From assembly GCA_964016885.1 (NCBI GenBank), contig OZ024742.1, positions 174,468,001 to 174,532,000 on the forward strand: a stretch of DNA of 64,000 nt. The letters are read 5' to 3'. The notes beneath the pieces are model-generated. The model was not told where the DNA came from. It saw nothing but the letters and a program-made list of their open reading frames with translations, and made no database searches. The position numbers were made by a program, and so were the translations under genes. This document shows positions 11,250 to 24,585 of this stretch, piece by piece (the stretch's first letter is position 1; each line of letters starts with the position of its first letter). This DNA comes from Eledone cirrhosa. Lineage: Eukaryota.

Positions 11250-13392
11250 GTCAGGGTGACATGTGTCTGTAATGATGATGGTGTACTTGCCCTCACTGAT
11301 AGTGATAAGAAGGTAGCTTGGAAGTGTCACTACGAGAGACTACTGAATGTGGAGAATGAATGGAATAAAAATAGTCTGCCCCACATCGATCCTATAGACA
11401 GACCAGCTGTGCAAGTTGATGGTTGTGTAGTAAGTAAGGCAATCAAAACTATGAAGACAGACAAGGCAGCTGGGCCTCCAGGGATAGTAACTGAAATGTT
11501 GAAGGTATCTGGAATGATGGGACATACTATGGTCATGCAGATAGTAAACCAAATAATACAGAATGGGGTCATACCAAATGACTGGCGTAGCAGCATCATC
11601 ATCAACTGTTACAAGGGCAAAGGAGACACCCTGGATAGAGGAAACTATAGGGGTATTAAATTAGTTGAGCAAATCATGAAAGTCACAGAAAGAGTTATTA
11701 CTCAACTGATTAGAGACAAAATTGATCTAGATGAAATGCAGTTTAGGTTTGTGCCAGGTAAAAGTAGCACGGATGCTCTTTTCCTTGTACGGCAATTGCA
11801 GGAGAAGTACCTGGCTAACAGTAAACCCTTCTACTTAGCTTTTGTTGACATGGAGAAGACCTTTGACAGAGTTCCACGCACCTTAATCTCGTGGGCTCTT
11901 AGAAAACTAGGAGTGGAAGAATGGCTTGTGAGAGCTATACAAGCCATGTATAGAGGAACAGTCAGCAAGGTTAGAATTAACGAAGAATATAGTGATGAAT
12001 TTAGTGTAATTGTAGAGGTTCACCAGGGCTCCGTTCTTAGCCCCAACCTGTTTATTATTGTCCGATAGGCTATAACAGAGGGGTTTAAGACTGGCTGCCC
12101 ATGGGAACTTCTATATGCAGATGATCTAACTATCATAGCTAAATCTATGGCCGAACTAGAGAGGAAGTTCCAAACATGGAAGCAGGCCTTGAATCAAAAG
12201 GCCTTAGAGTCAACTTGTCTAAGACTAAGGTTCTAGTATACAGAAAGGAGAATAGGACACAGGTACCCTCTGGGAAATGGCCATGCTCAGTGTGTAAGAA
12301 AGGAGTAGGTAGAAACTCCATTCTATGTCCCAAACGCAAAACGCAAACTATAGGTACAAAAAAGATGTAGTGGGATCAAAAGTAAGCTATCTAAGAATGT
12401 AGATTTTATATGTGGCCGATGCTCAGGTGCAGTAAGTAGCAAGGACCCACTGAATGATATCTTCTTCAACTGCCCAGATGGTTCTATAGAAACACCTTCC
12501 GTTACCTGGGTGACAAAATCAGCAGTAGAGGAGGGTGCTCTGAAAGTGTAGTAGCCAGAGTTAGAACGGGATGGAAAAAGTTCAGAGTGCTAATAATGCT
12601 GTTGGCCACAAGGGGTTTTTCTCTAAAAATGAAAGGCAGATTGTATGATGCATGTATACGAACGGCGATATTACATGGCAGTGAGACCTGAGCATTGTAT
12701 GCTGAAGACCTATGTAGATTAGAAAGAAATGAAGCTTGCGTGTTCCAATGGGTGTGTAATAGTAACGTGCACGAAAGGCGAAGCATAAACAAACTAAGAG
12801 GGAGACTAAGCATAAGAGGTTTCAAATGTTGTGTTCTGAAGAGGAGATTGCGTTGGTATGGACATGTGATGCGTATGAAGGACGACAGCTGGATAAAAAA
12901 GTGCAGGGAAATGGAAATTGATGGAACCTGTGGAGTGGGAAGACCAAGAAAAACCTGGGACGAAGTGATAAAAACTGACCTTGCCCACCTACACCTTTCT
13001 GAGACAATGACATTGGATCGAGACCTTTGGCGCCCATGCAGTTGTACAGAAAACCCGACTACCATTGCATACAAACCTATAGTCAGTAGGCTCCTCTTAA
13101 CTCAATGTACACCCCACACCCTACCCCATTCTCCCTCTCCCGTTCCGTCCATTGTGTCGATGACACAACAGTTCACACTGTATGCTGGCCATGTAGGAGA
13201 CATGGTGAAAAGGCTCCCAGTCCACACTGTAAATGTGGTTGGTGTTAGGAAGGGCAGCCAGCTGTAAAGAGACGCTTCCATGCGAGTGAGACATGGTCTC
13301 CCGACCATTCCCGCATCAAATGGAACAAAACCAACTAACCCATGCTAGCGTGGAAGATGGACATTAAAAAATGATGATGATGATCATGATGA
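11250..13392 (+). mobile_element. 5'-truncated RTE-clade LINE (RT, PHD-like finger, 3' UTR, (ATG)n tail); pseudogenised
   Basis: ORF 11232-12068 has NYRGIKL, QFRFVPGKSSTDA, AFVDMEKTFDRV and VHQGSVLSP. LLYADDL, RRLRWYGHVMRM and GRPRKTW follow downstream, with stops and frameshifts. Confidence 0.93.
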
Positions 13393-14297
13393 TAATTGCT
13401 TTAAAACAAACTGCTTTGTTTCATAGAACCAAGGAGAGTTTCAGGAGGTTTGGTAGCAGAAGAGTTAACCCTTTCTTTACCATATTTGTAATGAAAAACA
13501 CTAAATCCACAATTTAGAGTGATTTAGTACTATAATTGAATTTCTCATTATTTATCTGGTGTTCCTAACAAAGGTTGTTAGAGAAGATTACGATAGAAAG
13601 TTTTTATTTTGTGCTGTAGAACAAGGAACAGTTTCAGGCAGTTTGATATGAAAAGAATTAGTGTATTTCCTGTATCAGAAAAAAATTCCATCAAACATAC
13701 GAATACATCTCAGTGTCTAGTTTTGAAATACCTAGAGTAGCAATAAACAAAATAAATTGTAATCAAGATAACAACAACAACTTATTAACCCCTTTGATAC
13801 CAGCCTGCTTTAGAGCTACCTTGATTCTGTGATACATAAATGTCCATTTTCTTATTCAATTCTTTTTGTAAAAATCAAATCATTTGTAAAAATCAAACTT
13901 ACTTTATGTATAATAGAATACTTTAAAAGCAATGAGGCCACTAATGTCAACACTGACCTCTAGTTTGCATCTAGAAAGTTCCTCTCAAGTAACAAACCCA
14001 TAAAAGGTGTTTTTGATAGACCAACAATCATTCATGACAACAATGTTGTTCAAGAGAAAATGGAAGACCAAAATATCTTGACACCAGGGTCAATGCAACT
14101 CATTTTGTACGGCAGAAAGGCGTCAGGAAACAAAAAAGGAAGTGTCTGGCTCAAGGAAAAAATCTGCTACCAAGTCAGTCCAGGAATCAAACTCACAGAC
14201 TTATAATTGAGAGTACCCTAACAACTATACTACCAGCATTCACCATGAATAGATACTTACATTAACATGTGTACTTATTATTATGTGTACAATCATG

Positions 14298-14411
14298 TGT
14301 TCAAATCCCGCCGAGGTTGACTTTGCCTTTCATCCTTACGGGGTCGATAAAATAAAGTACCAGTAATGCACTGGATAATTGCTGGCCTTGTGCCTAAAGT
14401 AGAAACAATTA
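14298..14411 (+). mobile_element. 5'-truncated SINE A with target-site duplication
   Basis: The SINE body and tail are flanked by the direct repeat ATTATGTGTACAATCAT (14280-14296 and 14408-14424). Confidence 0.85.
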
Positions 14412-15302
14412 TGTGTACAATCATCATCCTCATTTAACGTCCACTTTCCACACTACCATGGGTTAGGTTTAGGTAGATACAATGTGGTAGATAATTACAG
14501 AACCGAATAAAAGGCTGGATATGCAGGTATTTTCTATTTAGAAAGAAAAAAACACTAACCTGCATCCTCAAAATCTATATCCTTGTCAGTCTGTGCATCT
14601 ACCTCACAACCATACTCTCATGAACCTGATACTCTAAGTACATAGCCACATAGCCTCACACTGTCAGATATAAAGAGCAAGATAATACATAATTCAGAAG
14701 AATAACTGCATCTGGTTTAGAATAGTTATACCACATCCTTGCAAGTCCTAAAAAGTGACCCAAAGGATTAGTGTCAGAAAGGGCATCAACTGTAAAACAT
14801 TGCCTCAAAAAGACCAGTTAAACACATACCTGCATGGAAACATCTACAGAAAAACAAGGACAATGATGATGATAATGAATATAACCGCAGTGGCATGAAA
14901 ATAAAATATTCACTAATTGTGTAAGATAGAAAGCTGGGAAGATTAAAAGGAATAATAAAGAAAGAATTAGTAGTCATGACTGGCTGAGAGCAAATGTAGT
15001 AATAGAGACCAAAGGGATGAAAAGAAACCAACGTAAGTAATATGTAGAATTTCTTCAAGAGTGTAATTACATGGAAACAGAAGTAAATTGGTAGTGTTGG
15101 TAAATCATTTTTTTAAATGTTCGTTACAAAGGGAAGTGATATGAAGGCTTGATTCCATGGAAAAATTATCAAAACTAACATACCAAAATATATGCCTCAA
15201 AGTATTAAACGATATCAAACGAATATATATATATTGCCTATACATTTATACATATATGTATGTATATATATATATGTGCACACACACACATACATGGGTA
15301 TC

Positions 15303-15339
<37 letters not shown>

Positions 15340-15580
15340 ATGCATGTGTTGTACAGTAGTTGGGTGAAAGTATTGAGAGATAAATAAGGAAACACATTAT
15401 CAAACAAAACGCAAAAATAAATCAATGAAGATAATATTGAATAATTGAACACTTATAGCAATATGGCTAATATCTAGGTTCCAGAGGGTCAATTATAGTA
15501 GTAGTAGTTGTAGTAGTAGTAGTAGTAGTTGTAGTAGTAGTAATTATGATGATAATAATAATATTAACAAAATAATAATG

Positions 15581-17600
15581 GTTTCTTTATTAGCCACACA
15601 GGGTTGACATTAAGCAAACAATAAAGATGGCAAAGTACATGCAGTGTTTGTTTTGGTGTGTAAAAAGATTTTTAAAAAACTAAAAAAGGTAATGTTTAAA
15701 AATATTAAACAAACTAAATTCCTTGAGAGGGGGAAAACCTCCACGGGTCAGTCATGGACAAAGCCCACAAAAAGCCACAGTCACCCTAACTGCTAGGGCA
15801 AGCACTCCATCTCAGTTGGTCTCCTCCAAGCTACTGGTGTATACTGAAAGCAGGGCCATTTACTCAAGCTATCCTTGCAACTCTCACCCATCTTTCAACA
15901 AACTAGTTGGAAGGCAGCACTTCTCTCTCCTCCCTGATTTTCTTCTTCATGCAAAACCTGAAAAAGGTTAAATGGTCATTCACTCTGATCACACAGAAAT
16001 GTCACTGGACATTGCTGTGATACATCCTCTGAAAACAAGTCCAAAACAGGCTGGCTAGTGGACTGTTGCTAGTTCCCAATGGTCAAACTTATTGAAAGTT
16101 TTCAATTGATCTAAGTTGATCAGGGCCCCATCCATGCCAAATTCGTTAGCCACACTCTCTAGGGTGAATTGTATAAGGTGGAGGTTGTCATAGATGGATC
16201 TGTCCAGAATAGCATGTGTTTGCACGTTCCCTCTCAGAGGACCAACGGCAAGTGCCAACCTAATCAATAACACCTTGGCCAAAATTTTAAACAGCAGAGT
16301 TATGACTTGAAATTATGTATATGGTCCCATTTGTTTGGGTCCCTTTCACAGCAGCACAAAAATACCTCAGGCCATAGAACTGGGAAATTCACCTGTTCTG
16401 CTGCAAGTTGACATAGACGTCTGCTAAGTTGTCCGTGAACAGACAAACATGTTCATGTTGTAGATGTTTCAGCTACTTTTGTTGTGGTTGTTGCAGCGGT
16501 TGGTATAATAGTTCTTCTTGATGCTGCTGCAGATGTGTTGTCGTTGTTGCCAAAGTGTTAGTAGTAGCCTTGGTCTCTGGTGTCCTATCGTTTGTGGGGA
16601 GAAAGTTCTTAGGCAGTTTGTGGCTCCACACAGAAGGCATTTTGGCTTTTTCCCTTTGATTTTTTTGCAGCTTTATTCCACTATTAGGTTTAGAATTTTT
16701 AAAAATTTGGTCTGGCTTGGCTTCACCTGAAGCAGAATCTACGGGTATATCATATCCCAGACCAAATTTTTCTTTCGCTGTATTTAACCTTGAGGGGTGT
16801 ATCTCAATCCCCAAAGACATCCAGATGATTACACTTCACAGAACACATATATTCTCAGCCTGACAGTTGTCCTTGAGAGGTACATTAGATAAAGGATGGA
16901 TTCCTCACTCCAATGGAGAACCACCTAATGTTTTTGCCTGAGGTTCTCACTTTTAAAAAGAACCTCATGTTAGCAAATTCTCTTGTGCTTTGTATGTGGG
17001 CCACATTTACTATTACATATTTTAGTGCCTTCTATACATGAGTAACTGTGGTAGGTTCTGCACTCTATGTCCTCATGCATACAGTTTGGTAAAAGACTAA
17101 ATCGTTGGCCCCTTCTGCCACTATTTTTGGTGGTACCATGTTGCTATTGTCAATGTTGTTGTTGATTTTGGCGTTCATGTCGCTGGTGTTGTTTTTGTTT
17201 TTTATAGTGTTGCTATTTTAGTATCAATGTTTTTTGTTGTTGTGGTGGTGGTATTGGTATTGGTGGTGATGGTGGTGGTGGTATTGCGGGCCATTTGTGG
17301 CTGTGATTTCTGTTATTGTGGTGTGGACACCGGCATTCATGATGGCAGGCCATGGCAGTGGCAGAAAATGAAGTTCATGCATACCTCCTGCTGCATATGA
17401 TTTTTGGTTTTGGTTCTTGTTGTTGATTGTTGTTATTGGTATTTTTACAGCCCACTTTTGTAATCAGTAGAATATATTTTGTCATCCACCATCTTATTAG
17501 GACAAAACATTGATGTGTTTATTTGGAAAACAAACACAGGTTTAGCTCCTGAGTTCTAGAGGTAGAACAATCTAACCAGCTCACAAGGATATTGGTTAGT
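15581..17600 (-). mobile_element. Degenerate, internally deleted Tx1-type LINE
   Basis: The minus-strand remnant AKVL..RLALAV..QTHAILDRSIYDNLHL..GALINLDQLKTFNKFDH matches the RT of the 24.6-28.2 kb element. It has the same 3' end (GTGTGGCTAATAAAGAAACCATTATT) and a low-complexity ORF1-like 5' part. Confidence 0.75.
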
Positions 17601-17714
17601 TTAACTCTAAAGCAATATTAAATACTCAACAAAATCTGTTGGATAACAATTGAATAACAACAAACTTATGAGAGTGATCAGTAATACATGTCAATAAAAG
17701 GACAACAATAATAA

Positions 17715-18630
17715 TAGCAATGGTTTCTGCTTTAGGCACAAGGCCAGCAATTTGGGGGAAAGGGAAAGTCGATTATATCAACCCAGTGAAATACTGAACT
17801 GGCACATTTTTATCAACCTCAGAGGGATGAAAGGCAAAGTAGATATTAGCTGGATTTGAAATCAGAGAGTAGAAAGTTATAACTTAATTCTGTAACATAT
17901 TTTATCATATGACATAGAGGACAATTCGAAATAACTACATGAGACTTGTAGTTGGAGCAAAGGGTAACATTGTTAAACAGCATTGTGGGTAGAGTTGTAA
18001 GAGCCAAGGGACATGAGTGGAAAGACAGAAAAATGAGACAGAAAAATGGGGCAGCAAAGATCAATACCAGGTAGCTAAAAGAGAAGCTAAATGACACGTA
18101 TACATAGCACACAAATATACGCAAGTGTACATAACACAGAAATAAATACAGCATACAGAAAATAGTACTACTACTGCACATATACTATGAAGACTGCATT
18201 AAATACAATAGAAATAGCCACACCAACAACACAACCCTACACATAGCCTACATCTTTGCTCACTAATGCAATGATGAGAAAAAACTTTTTAAAATAATGA
18301 TTTTTGATTTAGGCAGAAGTTTAACCATTTTGGGGGCTGGGAGGGGAAAATCAATTAAATTGACCCCAGTGCATTTCTGGTGCTGTATTTTATCAACCCC
18401 GTAAGGATGAAAGACAAAGCTAACCTTGGGAAAATTTGAACTCAGAACGTAAACAGCTGTAACTAAATAGTGTAAAGCATGTTGTCCAACACAACCAACA
18501 CTGTAAAATAACAATGGTTTCTGATTTAGACACAAAGTCAACTATTTTGGGGAAAGAGAAAAGTCTAAATCGAGCTCACTGCATTAGTGGCACCTTATTT
18601 TATCCCTCCCGTAAGGATGAAAGGCAAAGT
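17715..18630 (-). mobile_element. Three diverged SINE A copies (~17720-17865, ~18300-18500, ~18515-18630)
   Basis: Reverse complements of the SINE A body: GGTTTCT..TTAGGCACAAGGCC..GGATGAAAGGCAAAG. Confidence 0.7.
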
Positions 18631-18905
18631 ATGTTTACTGATTGATATAAGCATCCCTTATGATCACAATATCATGGCAAAAGAGTTTGACAAGCTGGGA
18701 AAATATAAAGATCTGCTTATTGAAATCGAAAAAAATGTTACACCTCAAGGCTGTTACAATACCAATGAATGTGGGAGCACTGGGAATGATCAAGAAAGGA
18801 ACGGAGCAGTGTATGCAAATGATTCCTGCTTTGCCCTCTCTGCAGGAGGTGCAAAAAATTATTTTGACTGGTGCTGCCCATGTGTTGAGGCGAGCACTGT
18901 CCTGT
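18630..18905 (+). mobile_element. R4/Dong-type LINE 3' fragment (REL endonuclease)
   Basis: CLLIDISIPYDHNIMAKEFDKLGKYKDLLIEIEK and VTIPMNVGALGMIKK..EVQKIILTG..HVLRRAL. Confidence 0.8.
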
Positions 18906-19264
18906 GAGAATGATATTCCCACCTTGTGTGGATGTGTGTGTGTGTGAGTAAGCACTATCTCTGTAAGAAATATATCCCTCTGTAAGAATGATAAGCTGTA
19001 AATTATATTCAAAGGGGTGTGTTAACTGACTTACTAATGTATACACTGAATTTATTTGCCCTAGGTGTCAGGAAGACACTTGGCATATATCAGAAATAAT
19101 ACTGAAGGAAAAGAAAAAAACAATAATAATAATAATAATAATAATAATAATTGTTTCTACTTTAGGCACAAGGCCAGCAAATACCCAGTGCATTACTGGT
19201 ACTTTATTTTATCGACCCCATAAGGATGAAAGGTAAAGTTAACCTAATAATAATAATAATAATA

Positions 19265-19775
19265 CTGAGAAGTGGTATGAGCATAAATCAGAGTCAGTGA
19301 TAGAAAACGATCAAGTGATGATGCTATGGGATTTCAGGATACAGCGGACAAGAAATTAGAACACAATAGTCCTGACCTGGTGATTTTTGACAAGGAAAAA
19401 ATATTGTGACTGATTGTAGATGTAGCCTACCCCTTTGACACAAGAGTGCCTGAAAAGGAGAGGGAGAAAATTAACCGATACCAGGATTTAAAGAAGTGGG
19501 AGTTAAAAAGGATTTGGGACTGCAATGAGATGAAGGTTGTCCCGATTGTCATAGGAGCACTATGTACTATCTCAAAAGGTTTTCAAGAATGGTTAAAGAA
19601 CATTAGTCCAGCCCCACTTTTTTTATTTTTTGAAAACTTGAAAAGGCATGCTTGCAAGGACACTCCGATGTATCCTGAATATCTGTGGCTGCAGGTAACG
19701 GCTTAATGTTCATTTGAACAAACTTTCCAGTTAAATAACATCAATGACTCAGACTCCAAGAATAATAATAACAAT
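19265..19775 (+). mobile_element. R4/Dong-type LINE 3' fragment in (AAT)n
   Basis: Highly similar to 29050-29560 (KWYEHK, PDLV, KEREKINRYQDLK, KVVPIVIGAL) and flanked by (AAT)n. Confidence 0.88.
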
Positions 19776-20199
19776 AAATAGATGTTAAATGATGATGATG
19801 AATATAAGTAATAGAATTAGAGTTTGTAGAAATAAAGTAAAGTGTAGTCCTGGGTATAAAACAAATAAATGATGAAAGAGATGTAGAACAAGATAAAGAT
19901 TATGAACAAGTTATGAATAATATTGTAAAGGAAATGGAAGCAGCACAGAAAAGAGATATACGTATGAATGACCAAACGATTGTGATACAGATAGTTAAAA
20001 TTATGAAAACCAATTAGTTTCATGGATAGAAGTGTTTCAAAAACATTGAAAGAGGATGAATGAGATTAGGAAAAAGATTAATAGTGTCATCATTGGTATT
20101 ATTAGCAATAATGTAACAGAAACAAATAGTTGGATAAGAGCTTCTAGTACAATTACTACAACTAATATCAACCACCATTACCATCACAATGACAACCAT

Positions 20200-20880
20200 T
20201 ATCATCACCATTTAGAGACTATTTTCCATACTTTCATAGGTTTGACAGACTATCAAATTTTGAGGTTAGATAAGCCAAGCCACAACATCATCTGCATGAA
20301 CCTCATTTTTAGCTTGTTTTTCTACAGCTGGATTCCTTTCCTACTGCAAATCCTCTTACAGGGTGGACTGAGTGTTTTTTTGTCATGTCACCAGTCTCAC
20401 CATCTCAGATAAAGGACTGGGTACTTTTTTCTGAGCATAAACATCCCCACCTTACAGATTGGATAGGGTGCATTTTGTTGTGGCATCAGTATGACCATCT
20501 TTCAAAGTGGAATGTGTTTCTTTTCAAGGTAGCAGCACTACTAAATTACAAGGTGAAATGGGTGGTTTTCATGGCACCAATATGACCACCTACAAGGTGA
20601 ACTTGGTGATATTTGTGTGGCACTAGTACTACCACTTTACAGGGTGGATTGGATGATTTTTGTCATGACACTAATATGACCAACTGGACGGGGCAAATTT
20701 TTCATGACACCAGCACTACCACCTTACAAGGTGAATTGGGTGCTATTTGTCATGGCATCAGTACAACCATCTTATAGAGTGAATTAGTGCTTTTTTCATA
20801 GCACAAGCACTTCCACCTTACAGGTTTCACTGCATAATTTTTGTCATAGAGCCAGTATGACCATCATGCAAGGTAGACTT
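20200..20880 (-). repeat. RTE/SINE tail with an expanded ~45-50-bp VNTR (~11 units)
   Basis: The reiterated unit ACCACCTTACAGGGTGGATTGGGTGCTTTTTGTCATGGCACCAGT is the reverse complement of the RTE 3'-UTR subrepeat. Confidence 0.7.
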
Positions 20881-21019
20881 GTACAGAAGCATAGAGGGGT
20901 GGGATATTAAAATTAATAAACTGCCGTGGAAAAGAAAAAACCTAGGGGTAGCGGTAGGTGTTGAGAGAAGACAACAATGTTATGCAATGCAAGATTATAT
21001 TTAACCCTGATAATGATAC

Positions 21020-21435
21020 TGGTTTCTACATTAGGCACATGGCCAGCAATTTGGGGTGAAGGGAAAATTGATTAAATCGACCAGAGTGCATTACTGATAT
21101 ATTATTTTATTGACTGCATAAGGATGAAAGGCAAAGCTTACTTCTACAGGATTTGAACCCAGAACGTAAAGGGACATAACTCTATGTCATGAAGCATGAA
21201 ATCTGATGCTTTACTGATACTGCCAATCCACCATCCTTTATTAATAAATAATTGTTTCTACTTTAGGCACAAGGCCAGCGTTTACCCAGTACATTACTGG
21301 TACTTTATTTTATCAACCCCGTAAGGATGAAAGGCAAAGTCAACCTCGGCGGGATTTGAACTCAGATCGTAAAGGGACGTAACTATGCTGGAAAGCATGG
21401 CGTCCGACCCTCTACTGATACTGCCAATCCACCTT
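21020..21435 (-). mobile_element. Two tandem full-length SINE A copies (21020-21235, 21250-21435)
   Basis: Both end in CTGCCAATCCACC on the + strand, have the B-box reverse complement GGATTTGAAC, and sit in AAT-rich flanks. Confidence 0.88.
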
Positions 21436-21451
21436 TATTAATAAATAATAA

Positions 21452-22452
21452 TTCTCAGTTGGATTGAAGAAAAATATCAAAATTAGCTAGAAAGACGAGA
21501 AAATTAATGACATTGTATGGAGCTTTACACCCCAAAGGAAACTGTAATAGACTTTACTTGAAGAGAAAGAATGGTGGCAGAGGCCTCATCAGTGTGGATT
21601 ATTGTATAAAGAGTGAAAGGAGAACACTTGCAGAATATTTGATAAACATTGATGAAACGTTGTTGCAATATGCAGCAAAAGATATGGGTATAATTGCAGT
21701 AGAAATGGTTGGAATTGAAGAATTGAACCAAAGAGCAGAAGAGAAAAGAAAAGATCTTCTAGGAATGAGAATCATCATCATCATTTCATTTTACGTCCGC
21801 TTTTCCCTGCTTGCAAGGGTGGGACGGGAACTGATTCTGGCTTGATTTCTACAGCTGGATACTCTTCCTAACACCAACCTCATTTACAGTGAGTGCTGGG
21901 TTCTTTTTTGCCGTGCAACCTCCACGACCACTTTGCAGTGGAATGATAGGGACCCCAGTCCCTATCATCTCATTTCTACAGCTGAGTAAACTGAAGCAAT
22001 GTGAAATAAAGTGTCTTGCTCAAGGAAACAACACATCATCCTGTCTGAGAATTGAACTCACAACCTTTTGATTGCACGGCCAATGGTCTAACCACTAAGC
22101 CATGTGCATCCAAGGTCAATGCAAGGTCAATTTGAAAGAAACACACAGGTTATCAAAGATGAAATAACACTGTGGACATGACTTAAACAAGCTAATTTGA
22201 AACTTGCCACTGACGGCTTTATAGTTGCAGTGCAAGACCAAGCTCTTGCTACCAATTCAGTGGAATATAGCATCTACAAAACTTTTTACACCCAGAAATA
22301 CAAGCTCTGTGGAAAGAATGTGGAAAATGTGGCCCACCTAGTAAGTGGATGTGAGAGTCTTGCGCAAAAAGAATACAAGTGCCACCATGATAAAGTGTGT
22401 CTATACCTTCATTGGCTTCTATGTTATAGATAACGATATGAAGTCATACAGA
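21452..22452 (+). mobile_element. R4/Dong-type LINE fragment, interrupted by a SINE and followed by an RTE
   Basis: RKTRKLMTLYGALHPK..RLYLKRKNGGRGLISV, then LKLATDGFIVAVQDQALAT..ENVAHLVSGCESLAQKEYK..HDKV..LHW. Confidence 0.85.
21772..22108 (-). mobile_element. tRNA-derived SINE B with RTE-type tail
   Basis: Reverse complement of the 59163-59498 element (tRNA head, central conserved domain, RTE 3' tail, (ATG)n). Confidence 0.9.
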
Positions 22453-22454
22453 AT

Positions 22455-24332
22455 TGGCATCTGGGTCTGTAGGTCACACTATAACCACACGTACTGTTAA
22501 CCAGGTAATACTAGAAGGTGTCATACCAAAAGATTGGTGCAGTAGCATCATTGTCAACTGCTACAAAGGTAAAGGTGATGCACTAGATAGAGTAAACTAT
22601 AGAGGTATAAAGCTGATGGACCATGTCATGAAAGTAACAGAAAGAGTTATAGCACAGTTGATTAGGGACTGGGTGAAACTAGACGAGATGCAATTTGGGT
22701 TTGTACCAGGAAGAGGCACCACTGATGCACTAATCCTTGTCAGGCAGTTACAGGAAAAGTACCTAGCTAAAAGTAAGCCACTCTACCTGGCATTTGTAGA
22801 CCTTGAGAAAGCCTTTGACTGAGTTCCACGTGCTGTAATCTGGTGGACTCTTAGAAAACTAGGAGTAGATGAATGGCTTGTGAAAGCGGTACAAGCCATG
22901 TATAGGGGAGCAGTCAGCAAAGTTAAGATTAGCAATGAGTATAGCGAGGAATTTAGCGTACAGGTTGGGGTCCACCAGGGCTCTGTTCTTAGCCCCCTCC
23001 TGTTCATCATAGTCCTGCAGGCAATAACGGAGGAGTTTAAGAGCGGATGCCCATGGGAACTCCTGTATGCTGATGTCCTTGCACTTATAGCTGAAACTAT
23101 GGTAGAAGTAGAGAAGAAATTCCAAACTTGGAAGCTGGGACTAGAAAGAAAGGGTCTCAAAGTCAACATGACAAAGACTAAGGTCCTTGTAAGTAGATGA
23201 GAAAACAGAACCCAGATCCCCTCAGGGAAATGGCCTTGCTCAGTGTGTAAGAAAGGTGTAGGTAGGAACTCCATTCTCTGCCCCAAATGCAAACAATGGG
23301 TACACAAGAGATGTAGTGGGATCTCAGGAAGCTTAATTAAGAATGTAGGCTTCACATGCAGCAGCTATGCTGGGACAGCAAGTAGCAAACAGCCACAGGA
23401 AACAAGTACCACCAATCTCTGGGATGGCTCTGTAGAAACAGTAGACAGCTTCTGCTACCTAGGTGACCGAATTAGCAGCGGAGGTGGGTGTTCAGAAAGT
23501 ACAATAACTAGGGTAAGAACGGGATGGAAGAAGTTTAGGGAACTGCTACCACTGCTAGCTGCAAAAGCTTCTCCCACAAAATGAAAGGCAGACTGTATGA
23601 TGCGTGTATCCAAACAGCGATGTTGCATGGTAGTGAGACCTGGGCAATGTTTGTGGAAGACTTGCATAGATTAGAGAGAAACGAAGCCTGCATGCTCCGA
23701 TGGATGTGTTATAGTAATATACGCGAACGACAAAGCATAAATGAATTGAGAGAGAGACTGAGCATAAGAAAAATCAAATGCTGTGTGCAGGAGAGGCGGT
23801 TGCGTTGGTATGGACATGTGATGCGTCTGAAGGATGACAGCTGCATAAAAAGGTGCAGAGCACTAGAAGTCGATGGAAACCGCGGAGTGGGGAGACCCAA
23901 GATGACCTGGGATGAGGTGATAAAAGCCGACCTTACCCAATTACACCTCTCAAAGGCGATGACACACAACCCTGACCTCTGGCGTCACGCACTAATAGAG
24001 AGTACCCGACCTCCCATGGGTACAAGCTGAAGCATATAGACAATATGCCCCCACACACCCCACTGCAAGATGGTCGTGGAGGTGCCACGGCAAAAAAGCA
24101 CCCAGCCCACACTGTAAAGTGGACGTGTAGGCGCCACGAAAAAGCACCCAGCACTCACTGTAAATGAGGTTGCTGTTAGGAAGGGCATCCAGCTGTAGAA
24201 ATCAAGCCAAATCAGTTCCTGTATGAGCAAGACATGGTCAGCCGACCAGACACTGCCCACAACAGGACAACCCATCTAACCCATGTTAGCGTGGAAGAAC
24301 GGACGTAAAACGGTGATGATGATGATGATGAT
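22455..24332 (+). mobile_element. 5'-truncated RTE-clade LINE; few lesions
   Basis: QFGFVPGRGTTDA, AFVDLEKAFD, GVHQGSVLSPLLF, LLYADVL, a PHD-like Cys cluster, FCYLGD, RRLRWYGHVMR and an (ATG)n tail. Confidence 0.95.
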
Positions 24333-24344
24333 GAATCAAGGTAG

Positions 24345-24537
24345 AAAAGCTGCAATTCACGAAGAAGGAGAGTCGATTATATTGACCCCAGTAGTTGACT
24401 GGTATTTTATGCTATCAAACTGAGAAGGATGAAAGGTAAATCTGGCCCCATTGGGATTTGAACTCAGAATGTAGAAAGTTGTAACGAAATACAGCAAAGC
24501 ATTTTATCTGACACCTGCAAATACCGCCAATCCACCA
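24345..24537 (-). mobile_element. SINE A-related copy
   Basis: Contains GGATGAAAGG, GGGATTTGAACTCAGAA and CCGCCAATCCACC, followed by (AAT)n. Confidence 0.75.
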
Positions 24538-24544
24538 TAATAAC

Positions 24545-24579
<35 letters not shown>

Positions 24580-24585
24580 TAATGT

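Noticed and set aside
12502-13074. Antisense ORFs over RTE/Tx1 copies (also 22783-23355, 32582-32983, 27034-27666)
   Set aside because: These are shadow frames of LINE coding sequence with no independent motifs.
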